Assembly: GCA_030704615.1 (NCBI GenBank)
Contig: CM060734.1
Coordinates: 32,984,001 to 33,048,000, forward strand
Direction: 5' to 3'
Origin: Takakia lepidozioides
Lineage: Eukaryota > Plantae > Bryophyta
Length of the DNA stretch: 64,000 bases
The notes beneath the pieces were generated by a model. That model did no database searches. It worked only from the letters and a program-made list of their open reading frames with translations, and had not been told where the DNA came from. A program made the position numbers and the translations under genes. Every line of letters starts with the position of its first letter. Within the stretch, counting starts at the first letter, position 1. Positions 25,601 to 36,988 of the stretch are shown here, in pieces.

Positions 25601-26252
25601 TTTCTATTTCTCCTTCTCTTTCTTCATAGAAATGTGATGGGTAAATGCTGGTTTCCTCTTCAGTTGGTGTTGCTGTCACTACACCACAGCAGATACCTCT
25701 CAAACAACTTAGGCTTTCCAGCCGCATCTCTGCAACCTGCTCCCACTCTGGGTGTGCAGCAAATAGGGTAGCTTCCTGCTCCTCATCCAGTCCTCCTTTC
25801 CAGTCATACTCTCTGACTCCTCGAGGTCTTCTTGTAGCAGGTAATCTACTAGATTTCTTTGTGGTAATTTGTATCTCGTGTATCCCATTATGCACGGTTA
25901 GTAACTGAGAATTCCAGTCATGGAATACCCTGGCCTGTTTCAGCCACGGACGTCCCAATAATAAGGAGTAAGCCTCCATGACTTCATCCATTTTTAATAC
26001 AGTTACTGTGATCATAAAGATCATTTTCTGTATCTGTATCTTAACTCCTCTTATTAATCCCAATGGCTGTACACTTCTTTGATCTGCCATTGTTACTGTA
26101 AATGGGGCTGGTTTCATGTTACTTAGACCAAGCTTCTTCCTTAATTGGTCTGTCATGATATTTACTCCAGAACCACCATCTATCAGTACATCAGTTAGTT
26201 CTGTGCTTCCAATTCTCAATTGGATTACTGGCATAGAATCATCAAAGTCCAT
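22299..26252 (-). CDS. pol: Pol: protease (LIDGGS), RT (FLDD), RNase H, integrase (HHCC, DDE, GPY)
   Basis: 1317-aa open frame with all canonical motifs. Confidence 0.97.
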   Translation of the reverse strand: MDFDDSMPVIQLRIGSTELTDVLIDGGSGVNIMTDQLRKKLGLSNMKPAPFTVTMADQRSVQPLGLIRGVKIQIQKMIFMITVTVLKMDEVMEAYSLLLGRPWLKQARVFHDWNSQLLTVHNGIHEIQITTKKSSRLPATRRPRGVREYDWKGGLDEEQEATLFAAHPEWEQVAEMRLESLSCLRGICCGVVTATPTEEETSIYPSHFYEEREGEIEILEEPATVSLQDEVVTGWTITADEQVREVNVGTKEEPRMVKVGADLEPEFFEEAKSLFIKYRDVFAWSYEDLKGIPPEVCQHKIELEPGSVPIKQARYRMNPNYAQKVGEEIKKLAEAKFIYPIEYTTWLSPIVIVPKKNGKLRVCVNYKKLNACTKKDPFPLPFTEAVLDTVAGHEMYSFMDGFSGYNQVQVAEEDQGKTAFITDWGAYAYKVMPFGLCNAPATFQRVISESFHEYLDDFMQVFLDDFSVYSSKSEHLHKLELCLARCRMRGLGLNPEKCTFCVNSGVLLGHIVCKKGLLVDPRKTESIKASPPPVNVKSLRRFLGQTSYYRRFVKRYAQIAAPLSKLLKKDAVFAWTAECQQAFEELTLSVTTTPVLINPHWHVVFHVHCDASGEALGAVLAQNVTGNIDSPVYYASRLMNSAERNYSTTEREALAMIYAVKKFRHYLLGKKFMFYVDHQALIYLVNKPLISGRIARWLIILHEFEFEVVYKPGRLHLVADHLSRLSTGEPATGIDDQLPDASLFAVEVQGSADDWLDWQWPIRYYLAHGQCPPSYGKEQRKRIAIKALPYTMVGSRMYKLGPDGVLKRCLYHHEVNKVLAEVHKGVAGGHFGEETTSRKILLAGYWWPTLFKDVHEYCQKCDECQRLGPLQRSGRMALHPTMPTEPFQKWGLDFVGPINPPSKNTRNRYIITATDYTTKWVEAKALRDNTAKSTARFLYENILTRFGCPLEFISDQGSHFMNETIELLTKEFMIVHRKSTTYYPQGNGQAEATNKILCTILAKIVNANRTDWDTKLLTALWSYRTSYKVTTKYTPFQLVYGMEALLPVEFLLPTMRTEWGKRMELQDSIKVRKHELYHVEEVRADAADNMTRIQMKRKEQFDEGKLKTFKTGDLVLWLQKKGKIQASKLKSPWKGPYVIQKMYDNNTAMLQTINKEMLGRVNANKLKGYSGIHDKPLQHDLHVEPQEQSRAAPVLRTEYGALVARPSIYDQGGQNKRDTAYHSPSRQSTAYHSPSRQSTAYHSPSRRDTPYHSPSRLTAYHSPSRQSTAYHSPSRRDTAYHSPARRNTAYHNLPQRVTQPITAYHSASQPITQRNTV

Positions 26253-28745
26253 GACTGTTCTCGCCCTTCCGGCTTCACATTATAACTGGTCACCTTGCTG
26301 TTCAGGTCTGTGTTTCCTGTCTCTTGGGCAATTCGATTGATTGCTTGATACAGCCTGTGCCTACAATAAGGTGCCACAGCTAATAGCTGTCCAATGGTAA
26401 TTTCTGCTTTGGTCTGGCATATTACTTCAGCCAAAGTCTCTTCATTACTTTGCATGTCTGCATCTTCTTTTTTCCTTTCTTCCTCACTCCCTTCTTTTTC
26501 TCCATCCGAATCAGAGGAATCTGCCACAGGAATATCAGTACTCTTTTGCATTTCCCTTATAGTATCTGCCACTTCCTTGTGCAGTTCCTTCTCATCTTTC
26601 CAAGTCTCTTCATCTTCAGGCATATCATTGCCACTTCCATTCTCATCTTCTTCCTCTTCTACTGGAGGTATTAGTTTGGCTTTACTTCTTGTTACTATCA
26701 TTGTACTTACTTCTGGTACAACACATGGCCTAACCATGTGAGCTGCCACCACTGGGCCCTCATTCACAGGAGCTCTCATCTCATTCTGGTGTCTTATCCA
26801 GAATGAACAGGCTGCCTTGCGATGTCCTGGCTGATTACAATAGTAACATAGCTCTTCACCATGGGGTCCTCGCCCTTGGTCTGTTCTTGGATTATTTCTA
26901 TAATCCTGATTCCCGGGCTGGTAATTCCCCCTTGGATTACCCTGATAGTTGCCTCTGGAATTTCCTTGGTAATTCCCTCTTGAATTACCTCTCCCTTCCA
27001 TGCCATTGTTATAACCACCAGACCTACCATAGTGGTCCTGATCATTGTTTCTTCTTGGCTGGGGCTGCACCTGATGCACCCTTACTTGCCTAGGTTCTCT
27101 TGCAGCTGTCCTTCTGTTGTAGTAACAATTCTCAGTAGAATGGTTATCCATTTTACAGATAGTACAGTGTTTCTCCTTCATGTGGCATTCTGTGGTGGTA
27201 TGGCCTTCATTCTGGCACTTTGCACACCATACACCCTTCCTCCAATGTGTTGCAGCCTCTGTGGCATACTTCTTCAAGATTTCTTCCAATTTTTTTTCAT
27301 AGTTATCCCTCTTCAACTTCTCCTTTCTCTTACTCTTTCTTTTTAGTTCTTGCTCTTCTTCTTCATCTGACTCATCCTCAGAGTCCTCATCTTCTTTTTT
27401 CTCTCTCCTGAGCATTCCCAATTGCTCAATTCTGTTCGCAGTTTCAAATGCCTCCTCCACTGTATTATGGGGTAACATATCCACTTTCTTTTGCAACTCT
27501 GGTCTTAGTCCACTCACAAACCAAGTCTTCTGTAAACCGGGCGCTGGTACTGCAGCCAGCTTTTTCATCATCAATTCCATCTTCTCCATATACTCTTCAA
27601 CAGTTTCATGCTTCTTCTGCTTCAGCTGTTGTAAACTTCCATACACTTCATCCTCAGTTTTACTTGTCCTGAACCTATTTCGAAATGTTGTATTCAAGCC
27701 ATTCCAGGTTAGGAAATGATTATCAGGGAATCTTGCATACCATTCACTTGCTTTCTTGATAAGTGAACAAGGAAACAGTCTCATCTTGGCATCATCGCCA
27801 TTCTCATTGTTCACTATACACATGTGCTCAAATTGGCTAATGTGTACATCGGGATCCCCTTTTCCTGAATATATTGGAAAGGGTGGTTTTGCCCGTGTTG
27901 GTTGTAACGCCATCTGTGGCCCTACCTTCTGCCCACTGACAGGTGCTGGCACCCTTGCTGGTGCTGGTCCTTCTGGACCTGTTGTTTTTGTGGTGGATCT
28001 TCCACCAAGTGGTGGCCCTTGAGCACTCCCTTGCTTCTGGCCCCACGATATTCACAGTATTCCCAGCTTCAGTTGCACTACTTCCCACACTCCCTGTCCC
28101 CCCAGAGCCAGATCCAGGCAGCCCGCCTGATCCCCCTGAGCCGACACCTTCGTTGGCCTGTGATCCAAGTGCTCCACTTGATCCAGGTCCAACGGGTTGG
28201 GATGTCCTGGTTGTAGTCTCAACCTCAGCTGTTGGGTCTACTTCTTCATATTCTTCCTCTTCTAATTTCTTCTCTCTGTTTTCATCCTCCAAGTTCTGCC
28301 CTTGGGTTTCTTCTTCACTCATGTAACTCAACTGTAATGGTGTTGGAGAGTCTGAACTCTCCGTTGGCTCTGCCACATCCTCTTCTCCTTCTTCACCTTC
28401 TGCTTCAGAAACTGGAGTTCCTGCTTTTGGTGTTCCATGCCAACTCTTATCAAAGATTTCTGTCAAGTCTTTTATCCAAGGATGTACCTCAGATCTTTCA
28501 CCTCGTGATTGATCTTCTTCCTGTACCAATTCCCTTAATCTTTCTTGCAAAGAAACAGAAGGAGTGGCATCCAACTCTAGTTCTTCCGGTATAGGTGATG
28601 TACTCTTTGATCTTAATGGTGTGAGAGGTCCAGATGATTCCCCTATGTCTATTCCTCTCTCCCAAAGATATGGATAATTAGCTTTCAGATAGCTTTCTCT
28701 TTTTGCTGAATATCTCTGTCGTCTAGCTTCTCTTTCATCACTCAT
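26225..28745 (-). CDS. gag: Gag with a long acidic/Gly-Ser N-extension and three CCHC zinc knuckles; frameshift at ~28020
   Basis: DPDVHISQFEHMC..KMRLFPCSL..ASEWY..TWNGL...FRNRF; CAKCQNEGHTTTEC, CTICKMDNHSTENC, CYYCNQPGHRKAAC. Confidence 0.93.
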
Positions 28746-28766
28746 GTCCCATGTCTTTCATTTCTT

Positions 28767-29408
28767 TTAATGTGGCAATAACCAAAACTCTCTTCTGTAA
28801 TATCTCTCGTATATGCCTGGGTTTCTTTCAAGCTTCAATGCACCCTTGGCTATACTTGAAGTCTCCGTTACCATATAACCATATGGCAAACAAGTCTGAA
28901 AAGCTGTTCTTGGTGTGAGTTTGATCCACAAAATATCCTTTGGAATCCAATTCTTTACCAGTACAAGCTCTTCATGCATATGAGTATAAACATTCACCTT
29001 TCTTTCTTCCCAGCCTTCAAACTCTATTCGTTTAATGGATAGCAATGCTATCACATAAACCAATGTTGGTAACCAACGTGCTCTTCCTCTACAGGCTACC
29101 TGATAAATCTTTATCACTCCTTTCTCCAGACCCCATTCTGGATCAGCATCATGCACTCGCTTAAGAATATTTTCTTTACAACCGTCTGGCAATTCCAAGA
29201 ACCTTTGAAAGAATTGTTTGGACAATCTTTCTTCCTTCGTTCCACAGGGAATTTGATTCACTTCAAATTCTTTAATGGTCCAACCACCATGATCCCACCA
29301 GATGCCTGTCACATCTGGTTGTTCATGTCTCAGGTCCCCACTATGGTCGCCAAATGTCGCGCGGCTTTTACTCACCCATCCCTTCGCTATTCGAGGCGGA
29401 AACTCCAA
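28767..29408 (-). CDS. ORF0, extending into the 5' LTR
   Basis: Open through the PBS and LTR terminus; near-identical to the other two copies. Confidence 0.85.
   Translation of the reverse strand: MEFPPRIAKGWVSKSRATFGDHSGDLRHEQPDVTGIWWDHGGWTIKEFEVNQIPCGTKEERLSKQFFQRFLELPDGCKENILKRVHDADPEWGLEKGVIKIYQVACRGRARWLPTLVYVIALLSIKRIEFEGWEERKVNVYTHMHEELVLVKNWIPKDILWIKLTPRTAFQTCLPYGYMVTETSSIAKGALKLERNPGIYERYYRREFWLLPH
29335..29352 (-). other. Primer binding site (tRNA-Arg-like)
   Basis: TGGCGACCATAGTGGGGA after the LTR end. Confidence 0.8.
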
Positions 29409-30333
29409 GATAGAAGAGTTGGAAATCTCTAAGTACTCGCGCAGAACAATCAGTCATGACCTACAGCTAGTGTATCATGGGGGTGTTTCCTATTTGTTTC
29501 CCTTTTGGTATTCATGTTAGCTATCTTACCATTGATAATTAAGTATCAGTTTGCTTTATCAATCTATTGGATTCCATCAACTCATCCATTCATTTCACAG
29601 CTTCACTCAGATCTCTCTACACAGTGTGATTGTATCGTAAAAGTATCCGATTATGATTTATCAGGTATCAGGCCGAAGCCATTGTGTCTCTAATCTGCTC
29701 TACAATATCATTACAACCTTGCATATATCAAGCATCTACTCATCATCTCTCTATCTTCACTTCCGTTCTTCATCTCTGCCCGATCCCCTCTCCTCCATGA
29801 CCAAGAAGTCCTCCTCCGAATGATATCCCTCAATTCCCCGTTTCTCCCTTTATCTTCCTATCCGTGGTTCTAACCGTTTCCCTCACTAACCGTCGTCTGT
29901 GAACTAACATGTTCCCTTCGCAGGTGTTGTTCCCCACAGTCGTTCCCTGTCCTACTCTTCGTTCCCTATGATCGTGACAGCTGTGTCAAGCTGTGACTGG
30001 CTGTGTGAAACTGTGACGGGCTGTGACTGGCTGTGCGACTGTGTTTGGCTGTGCCGGGCTGTGACTGGCTGTGTGGCTGTGTCAGCTGTGACGACTGTGT
30101 CTGCTGTGACGACTGTGACGGGCTCTGTTGGCTGTGTCGGCTGTGTCTGCTGTGACGACTGTGACGGGCTGTGTTGGCTGTGTCGGCTGTGACGACTGTG
30201 ACGGGTTGTGTAACCCCCCTCTACAGTGCGCTGCTGTCACCCCTAAGGCTCCTGTTGGTCTCAGTCTGTGCAAAAATTAAGGGTACCCTACAGATCCCGT
30301 ATAAGTGTCTAAGTCCCCGACAGTCCTCTAACA
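29355..30333 (-). mobile_element. 5' LTR of the full-length element (979 bp)
   Basis: TGTTAG...CGACA on the minus strand; followed by the PBS; flanked by the TSD. Confidence 0.95.
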
Positions 30334-30338
30334 ACTTA

Positions 30339-33300
30339 CATTGTCAGTAACAACTACACCTGTGCTGATTAACCCTCACTGGCATGTAGTATTTCATGTT
30401 CACTGTGATGCCTCAGGAGAAGCGTTGGGAGCAGTGTTAGCCCAAAATGTTACAGGAAATATAGATTCACCTGTGTACTATGCTAGCAAACTGATGAACA
30501 GTGTTGAAAGGAATTATAGCACAACTGAAAGAGAAGCACTGGCAATGATTTATGCAGTCAAGAAATTCAGGCATTACCTGGGAAGGAAGTTTATGTTTTA
30601 TGTGGATCATCAGGCTCTGATATATCTGGTGAACAAACCTTTGATAAGTGGAAGGATAGCAAGGTGGTTAATAATCTTGCACGAGTTTGAGTTCGAAGTT
30701 GTTTACAAGCCTGGCCATTTGCATCTTGTGGCAGATCATTTGTCACGTCTATCAACAGGAGAGCCCGCCACAGGAGTAGACGACCAATTACCTGATGTGA
30801 GTTTATTTGCAGTGGAGGTGCAGGGAAGTGCAGATGACTGGTTAGATTGACAGTGGCCAATCAGATACTACCTTACTTATGGTCAGTGCCCACCTAGTTA
30901 TGGAAAGGAGCAGAGGAAGAGAATCGCTATCAAGGCTTTACCTTATACTATGGTAGGGGGCAGAATGTATAAGCTAGGACCTGATGGAGTACTTAAACGA
31001 TGCTTGTACCACCATGAAGTAAATAAAGTTATGGAGGAAGTTCATAAAGGAGTGGCTGGATTATACTGATTATATTGATTATACTACGAAGTGGGTGGAA
31101 GCTAAAGCTTTGAGGGACAACACAGCCAAGTCCACAACAAGGTTCCTGTATGAGAACATACTTACATGATTTGGCCGTCCCCTGGAATTTATCAGTGACC
31201 AAGGAAGTCACTTCATTAATGAAACCATTGAACTATTGACTAAAAAGTTCATGATTGTGCATAGGAAGAGTACAACTTATTACCCACAGGGTAATGGGCA
31301 GGCAGAGGCTACCAACAAAATACTATGTACTATCTTGGCTAAGATAGTCAATGCAAACAGAACAGATTGGGATACAAAGCTGCTGACAGCTTTGTGGTCA
31401 TACAGGACTTCATATAAAGTCACCACTAAGTATACACCATTCCAATTAGTTTATGGTATGGAAGCTTTACTTCCAGTGGAATTCTTGTTACCTACCATGA
31501 GAACTGAATAGGGAAGGAGTATGGAATTGGAAGATTCAATTAAGGTCAGGAAACATGAATTATACCATGTGGAAGAAGTACGTGCTGATGCAGCTGATAA
31601 CATGACCACAATTCAGATGAAGAGGAAGGATCAGTTTGATGAAGGTAAATTAAAGACTTTTAAGACGAGAGATTTGGTACTGTGGTTGCAGAAGAAGGGG
31701 AAGATTCAAGCTTCTAAGCTTAAATCACCATGGAAAGGACCTTATGTCATACAGAAGATGTATGATAATAACACGGCCATGTTACAAACCATTAACAAAG
31801 AAATGTTGGGGAGAGTCAATGCCAATAAGTTGAAGGGATACAGTGGTATCCATGACAAACCGTTGCAGCACGATTTGCATGTTGAAACGCAAAAACAGTC
31901 ACGGGCTACGCCAGTGATACCAACGGAGTATGGAGCACTTGTCGCTAAGCCGAGCGTGTATGACCAGGGCGGGAAGTACAGGTGTTCGCATAGCTATCAC
32001 AGCCCATCACAGCGTGACACAGCCTATCACAGCACATCACAACGTGTCTCAGCCTATCACAGCCCATCACAGCGTGACATAGCCTATCACAGCCCATCAC
32101 AAGTGTCACACAGCCTATCACAATTCACCACAGTTAGACACAGCCTGTCATAGTCTGACACAACCCATGCGGGTTACACAGTCCATTGGGTCAGTGACAG
32201 GTGGACTCGGGTTAACGTCAGAAAAGTGGCCGTCAAGAGAAGAAGAAGTTTGGAAGACAAACTCGGAGAATATGCCACGCGGAGAGGGGAAGTTGGGGGC
32301 ATGTCTAAAAGCGGACACGTGACCACTAAGGCGAAGCACACCGCACTGCATAAATTGCAAGAGTGGGTCTCATCATGCAAAACGACAAATCGGGCCGTCA
32401 AAGTACCTACCCGGTACATCAGCTAAGACTATTTGTGGGCCCATTAATGCATTCAGAGTAAGGGTAACGGAACCCTTTCCGAGTACAAAAAAGAGGGACC
32501 TATGCCACATGTGTTGTCCTACTGGACATTCCAGGTGGGAATGTCCACGGAGGGGGGGTGGAATTAAGAAGTTACCTAAGCAGGCAACAGCCAATCAGGA
32601 GTGTGAATTACATGCACGTGGTTCCCTCCAAGAAACAAAAACAAGAAATAGGAAGTGTTATGAGCGGAAGAGTCGGGGTGGCTCCGAATAGCCAGTGTCT
32701 TGACGGGAGGGGCAATCAAAGCACTAGCTTTGTAGCTATGGCGGATGTAACGGATTACACACTCGCTTTACTTCTCACACAGTGGAGCACGGACGGACGA
32801 ATTGAGAATACATTTTCTCTCACTCGATATTTGCAAGCCCCACAGGCTTACACGCACTTACCTGTTCCATTCTGTGCCAACCATACCTTCATGCTTTGTG
32901 CTGTTTCAAACAAAGCCTTTTTGTTTGTCTAGAATGAAGAGAGTGAGGGGAATGGAGAATATCAGGGTGAAGAGCACCATGATTCTGCAGAAGCAAACAA
33001 TTGCTACACCGCAGGTAGTGCAGCTGCTGAGGGAGTTGCGATTGGAGGGGCTGCTACGCAAGGACTGGTCCTTGCATCATCGGCAGTATATGATTCAATT
33101 TCTTCAGAACTTTGAGCCTCGGACAAGAGTTACCCAGGTGAGGGGAGTAGATATAGAAATTACTCCCCAGTACTTGCAGCAATTGTTTGATTTGCCATCA
33201 AGTCATGTGGATGTGGATGAGCACAGGGCAAGATTGCAAATAGGGAATTTGTTCCAAGAAGGGAGTTTCTTTATGACTCAAGGTTACGCTTGTACCAAAG

Positions 33301-36300
33301 CCGAGTACCCAGGGCTCAGAGAAGTTGGCCAAATATTGAACGTTCTGTTTGCCATGATACAAAACCAACAATATTTGAGCAGGTCATTCACAGAGGAGAT
33401 CCTGAAAGCTTTGAGGGGAGAGGATGTAGCTTGGGCAGAGTTAATGTACAATGCTCTGGTGGAAGAGATGAAGAGGTTACAGGGCACTGCTGCTAAGTCT
33501 CCGATCATTGTGTCTGGTCGAGTCATTGCCCAAATCATTCTTGACTCTTGCATACTTGATACTCGAGAATGTAAGGAGATGGGAGTGTTTGAGGCAGTAA
33601 CCACTGCAATTGAAGAGCAGGGCTCTTCACATAGTGAGGGTGGACTGGCAGGGCAACACCAGTCTAAGAGACAGAAGCGGGGTATGACTGTAGTGGCGGA
33701 TCCACTGGCTTCACGGAAACCGCAAGATGATGTTTCCCAAGCTCTTGTGCAGGATGGGGCACAACAACACAGAGGGCTGTTATTATTGGAAGCACGGTCT
33801 TTGGAGAGGGAAGAGGAAGTCAATTTGGTACCACAGCCACCACAGCTAGTTGACTCAGTTGTCTTAGAGGTTCCACAGTTAGAACATGCTATGACACCAC
33901 CCCCAATTGCTCTGGACGGAGAAAGGTTGGACATTCCCACTACAGAGCAGGTCGTGGCCGAAATTGAGAAGGGTGACCTTCTCTATGAAAACTCTGGCTT
34001 GGTAAGGGAATCAGTGGTTATGCAATTTGCTCTAGAGTAGTTGTGAGTGTAGCACATTGTATGGTCATCTTCTCATGTACTGCCTCCAACTCTGTATGTA
34101 GTACGTTCACTTCTTGCAACTTGCCCTCATACTTCACCTGCAATTGGTATAACTGTTGCTTATGTGCTTTATGCATCTGGTCCTGCTCGAGGCCTGCTTC
34201 AATCAAATGTCCCTTGGCCAACTGCAAGGCAGCCTTTGTGTCCTCCAACTCTTGCTGTAACTTGAGATTGACCTCCTCATCTACCTTGTTAGCACACTCA
34301 GTGGCAATTCGAGCCTCAAACTCTTTCATGAGTTCCTCCCTCAAAGCTGCCAATTGGGTAGATGGAACATGGGATCTACATAAGTGCCCAACAAATTAAG
34401 TGTCCTGCTTATGGAACTCATAAGCATGGCCTGCTGGGGGTCATCATGGTGAACTTGCTGCTGTTCTCCCTGATTCTCCACAGTGTGATGCCTCACCAAC
34501 CATTCAGGCCATTGCCCCACCAGATCCTCTTCCTGAACCACCTCATCCTCCACAGGTGCTGCAGTGTCCTTATATTCTACCCCTGGTACCTCCGTCACAG
34601 GTGTGGGTATTACATGCACAACAGGGTTTTCCCCGGACAAACGCAGTTAACAGACAAGGGGAGCGATGTATGAGGGCAAAAGCTGAGATAATAGAGCAAG
34701 TGAAACTCATTGTTGATATGAAGGATACAATTTGTCGCAATGAGAATACTTTCAAACAATACAGACAGGTTGAGGCTGACTAGGAGACGTACATCCTGGA
34801 GTTGCAACAAACAGTCATGGTCAATAGAAATGAACTCTCTGTGGCTAACAAGGCTTGGAAGGAAGCCAATAATATGGCTGTTGCCTATGCGGGCCTGGTT
34901 GAACCTCATGCAAAGTGCATGGAGGCTTTAAAGCAGCAGTTAGATGTGTACAGACTCACGGAGGAGCAGACTCTCAAGGGTGCCACACATGACTTGGTGG
35001 ATAACCACCTTATGCAAGTCTGGTTAGCATAAGGGCCGGTAGAAGGCAAAGCACCACAAAAGCTCACCCAGGGCGAGATGAATGAGCTCAGATTGCAGGT
35101 GCAGAACATTGCCACAATTACTATAGACAATGTCTATAGTAGGATAGCGGAGCTACAGGAGGATGTGGAAGGCCTGCAGACTCAAGTGGATGACCTGAGT
35201 TCAAATATTGACAAGAGAGTCTTTGTTCTTGAGGAGCAGCTGATGGCTACTTATTTACATGCCAAGACTCTAATTTTTCAGTCTTCTTCACAGGGGGTGC
35301 AGGAGATGCCAGTGGTAGAAGGGCCAGTGGTACCAATACCACAGCAGCTGCTTGAGCATGTAGCTGACCCTGTTGCTACTACGGCCACACCACAACCTGA
35401 GGTATGGGGGGATGCTGCTTTTAACCCACCTAGGACTCATGCTGCACGGGAGTACAGTCAAACTATGATTATGCCCTTCAACCAAATTCCCATTGTGCTG
35501 GATTTGGCTTGGAAGGAATTTATTCCTCCGCAGTCGTTGGCACATTACTACCACATCATGCGCATTTGGTTGCCGGTGGCAACTCGGACTAAGGTTCTTC
35601 TGAACAATCGACCCATTGAGGATCATCACTTTGTCAGGTATTGGTCTGAGGCAGGTACCATGCTGAAGGAATTAATTGCCTTCCAAGTTGTACATGGGTA
35701 CATCTATACCAAGACCAAGGAGGTATCTAGTATTGTCATGGGCTGTGGGTTATACTATGCTGCTTGTTTTCTGGCACGTTATCACATTGAGCAGCAGAGG
35801 ATGCAATCACGATTTCTGAGTTATTTCAGTGGGGATCATTGGGTCTTACCTTCAGTGCCACCTCATATGTATCTATATGATGCAAAAGTTATGATGCAGA
35901 AGGATTCCCAACTTCGATCATGGCTTAATTCGGCTTGGAACAATTTGACAACACAGAAATTCGGCCCTGAGGATATTTTCTTTAAGGGACATGAAGCCTG
36001 TAAATACTTACACTGTTCCAAAGTCATTGGCACACCTCTCACCTATACGGATAAGGAGTTCAAGGTGTTCACTAATTTTGCTTGCAAACGCTTACAGCAA
36101 GTTGTACAGTTTAAACTTCCAGACATGATGGGACCACATTGTATGCCACACAGGATTCCACTTAAAGTTTGACCGTTAAAACACCTAAGGGGGGATGAGG
36201 ATTCTGATACTACTGTTTCTTCAAAGGACTCTTTTGACATGGCAGAGGACTATGCACTTCACATGGTAGAGAAGAAACAACGGGGATCTCCTATGCCTGA

Positions 36301-36988
36301 GAGGTTACCTCGTTATCAGCCAAAGGAGGGTCAGACATTTCAAGGTAGTGCTCAATCATCTCCATCAGCCAGTGATAGGACTCGGGCTTGCACACGGAGT
36401 CATTCACGAGACTCTCACCGTCAGAAGGGTGCTCGCTCACAAAGGTTTGCTAATCCCAAACAGTAAACCGTGAGGACACGGCTTTTTGAGAGGGGGAGAG
36501 GTAATGTTGGAGGGCTGCTTGGGACTTAGACGCTTTTACGGGTTCTGTGGGGTACCCTTAATTTTTGCGCAGATTGAGACCAATAGGAGCCTTAGGGATG
36601 GAAGGAGCAGGCTTTAGGGGGGTTACACAGTCCGACACAGCTTCGCACAGCCAGTTACAGCCCGACACAGCTTCATACAACCCGACCCAGCTTCGCACAG
36701 CCAGTCACAGCTCGGCACAGCTTGACACAGCCTGTCACAGTACATGGGGAATAGTTATCATTGACAGGGAACGACATCTGCAATCTGATGCTTCAGTATA
36801 CACGGTAAGGTAAATTGATAACATGAAGGCAGGAAGGAATACAAATAGGAAGCACAACCATGATTCACTAGCTGCAGGTCATGACTGATTGTTTTGAGCG
36901 AGCTGAGTGCTTAGAGATATCCAACTCTTCTATCTTGGAGTTTCCACCTCGGATAGCGAAGGGATGGGTGAGTAAAAGCCACACGACA
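30339..36988 (+). mobile_element. Right part of the host element: RNase H, integrase (deleted), repeat, ORF3 (with internal inversion), PPT, 3' LTR
   Basis: Continues the RT broken at 16957; ORF3 32935-36466; PPT 36488-36504. Confidence 0.93.
36505..36988 (+). mobile_element. 3' LTR with internal deletion
   Basis: TGTTGG...GACA; matches LTR 51475-52432 but lacks its central ~400 bp (junction ~36777). Confidence 0.9.

Larger units (their letters stand above)
16958..30333 (-). mobile_element. Full-length 13.4-kb Ty3/Gypsy non-chromovirus (Athila-like) LTR retrotransposon with extra ORF0 and ORF3
   Basis: Two near-identical LTRs, ACTTA TSD (16953-16957 and 30334-30338), PBS, PPT, PR-RT-RH-IN order; no chromodomain and no additional archaeal-type RNase H seen. 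Confidence 0.97.

Noticed and set aside
26225-26270. Programmed gag/pol frameshift
   Set aside because: The copy at ~11150-11200 reads through this junction in frame; the shift is a copy-specific indel or sequencing error
33284-33940. Antisense ORFs over gag, pol and ORF3 (e.g. this 218-aa frame)
   Set aside because: Shadow frames of the coding strand; lengths are not conserved between copies
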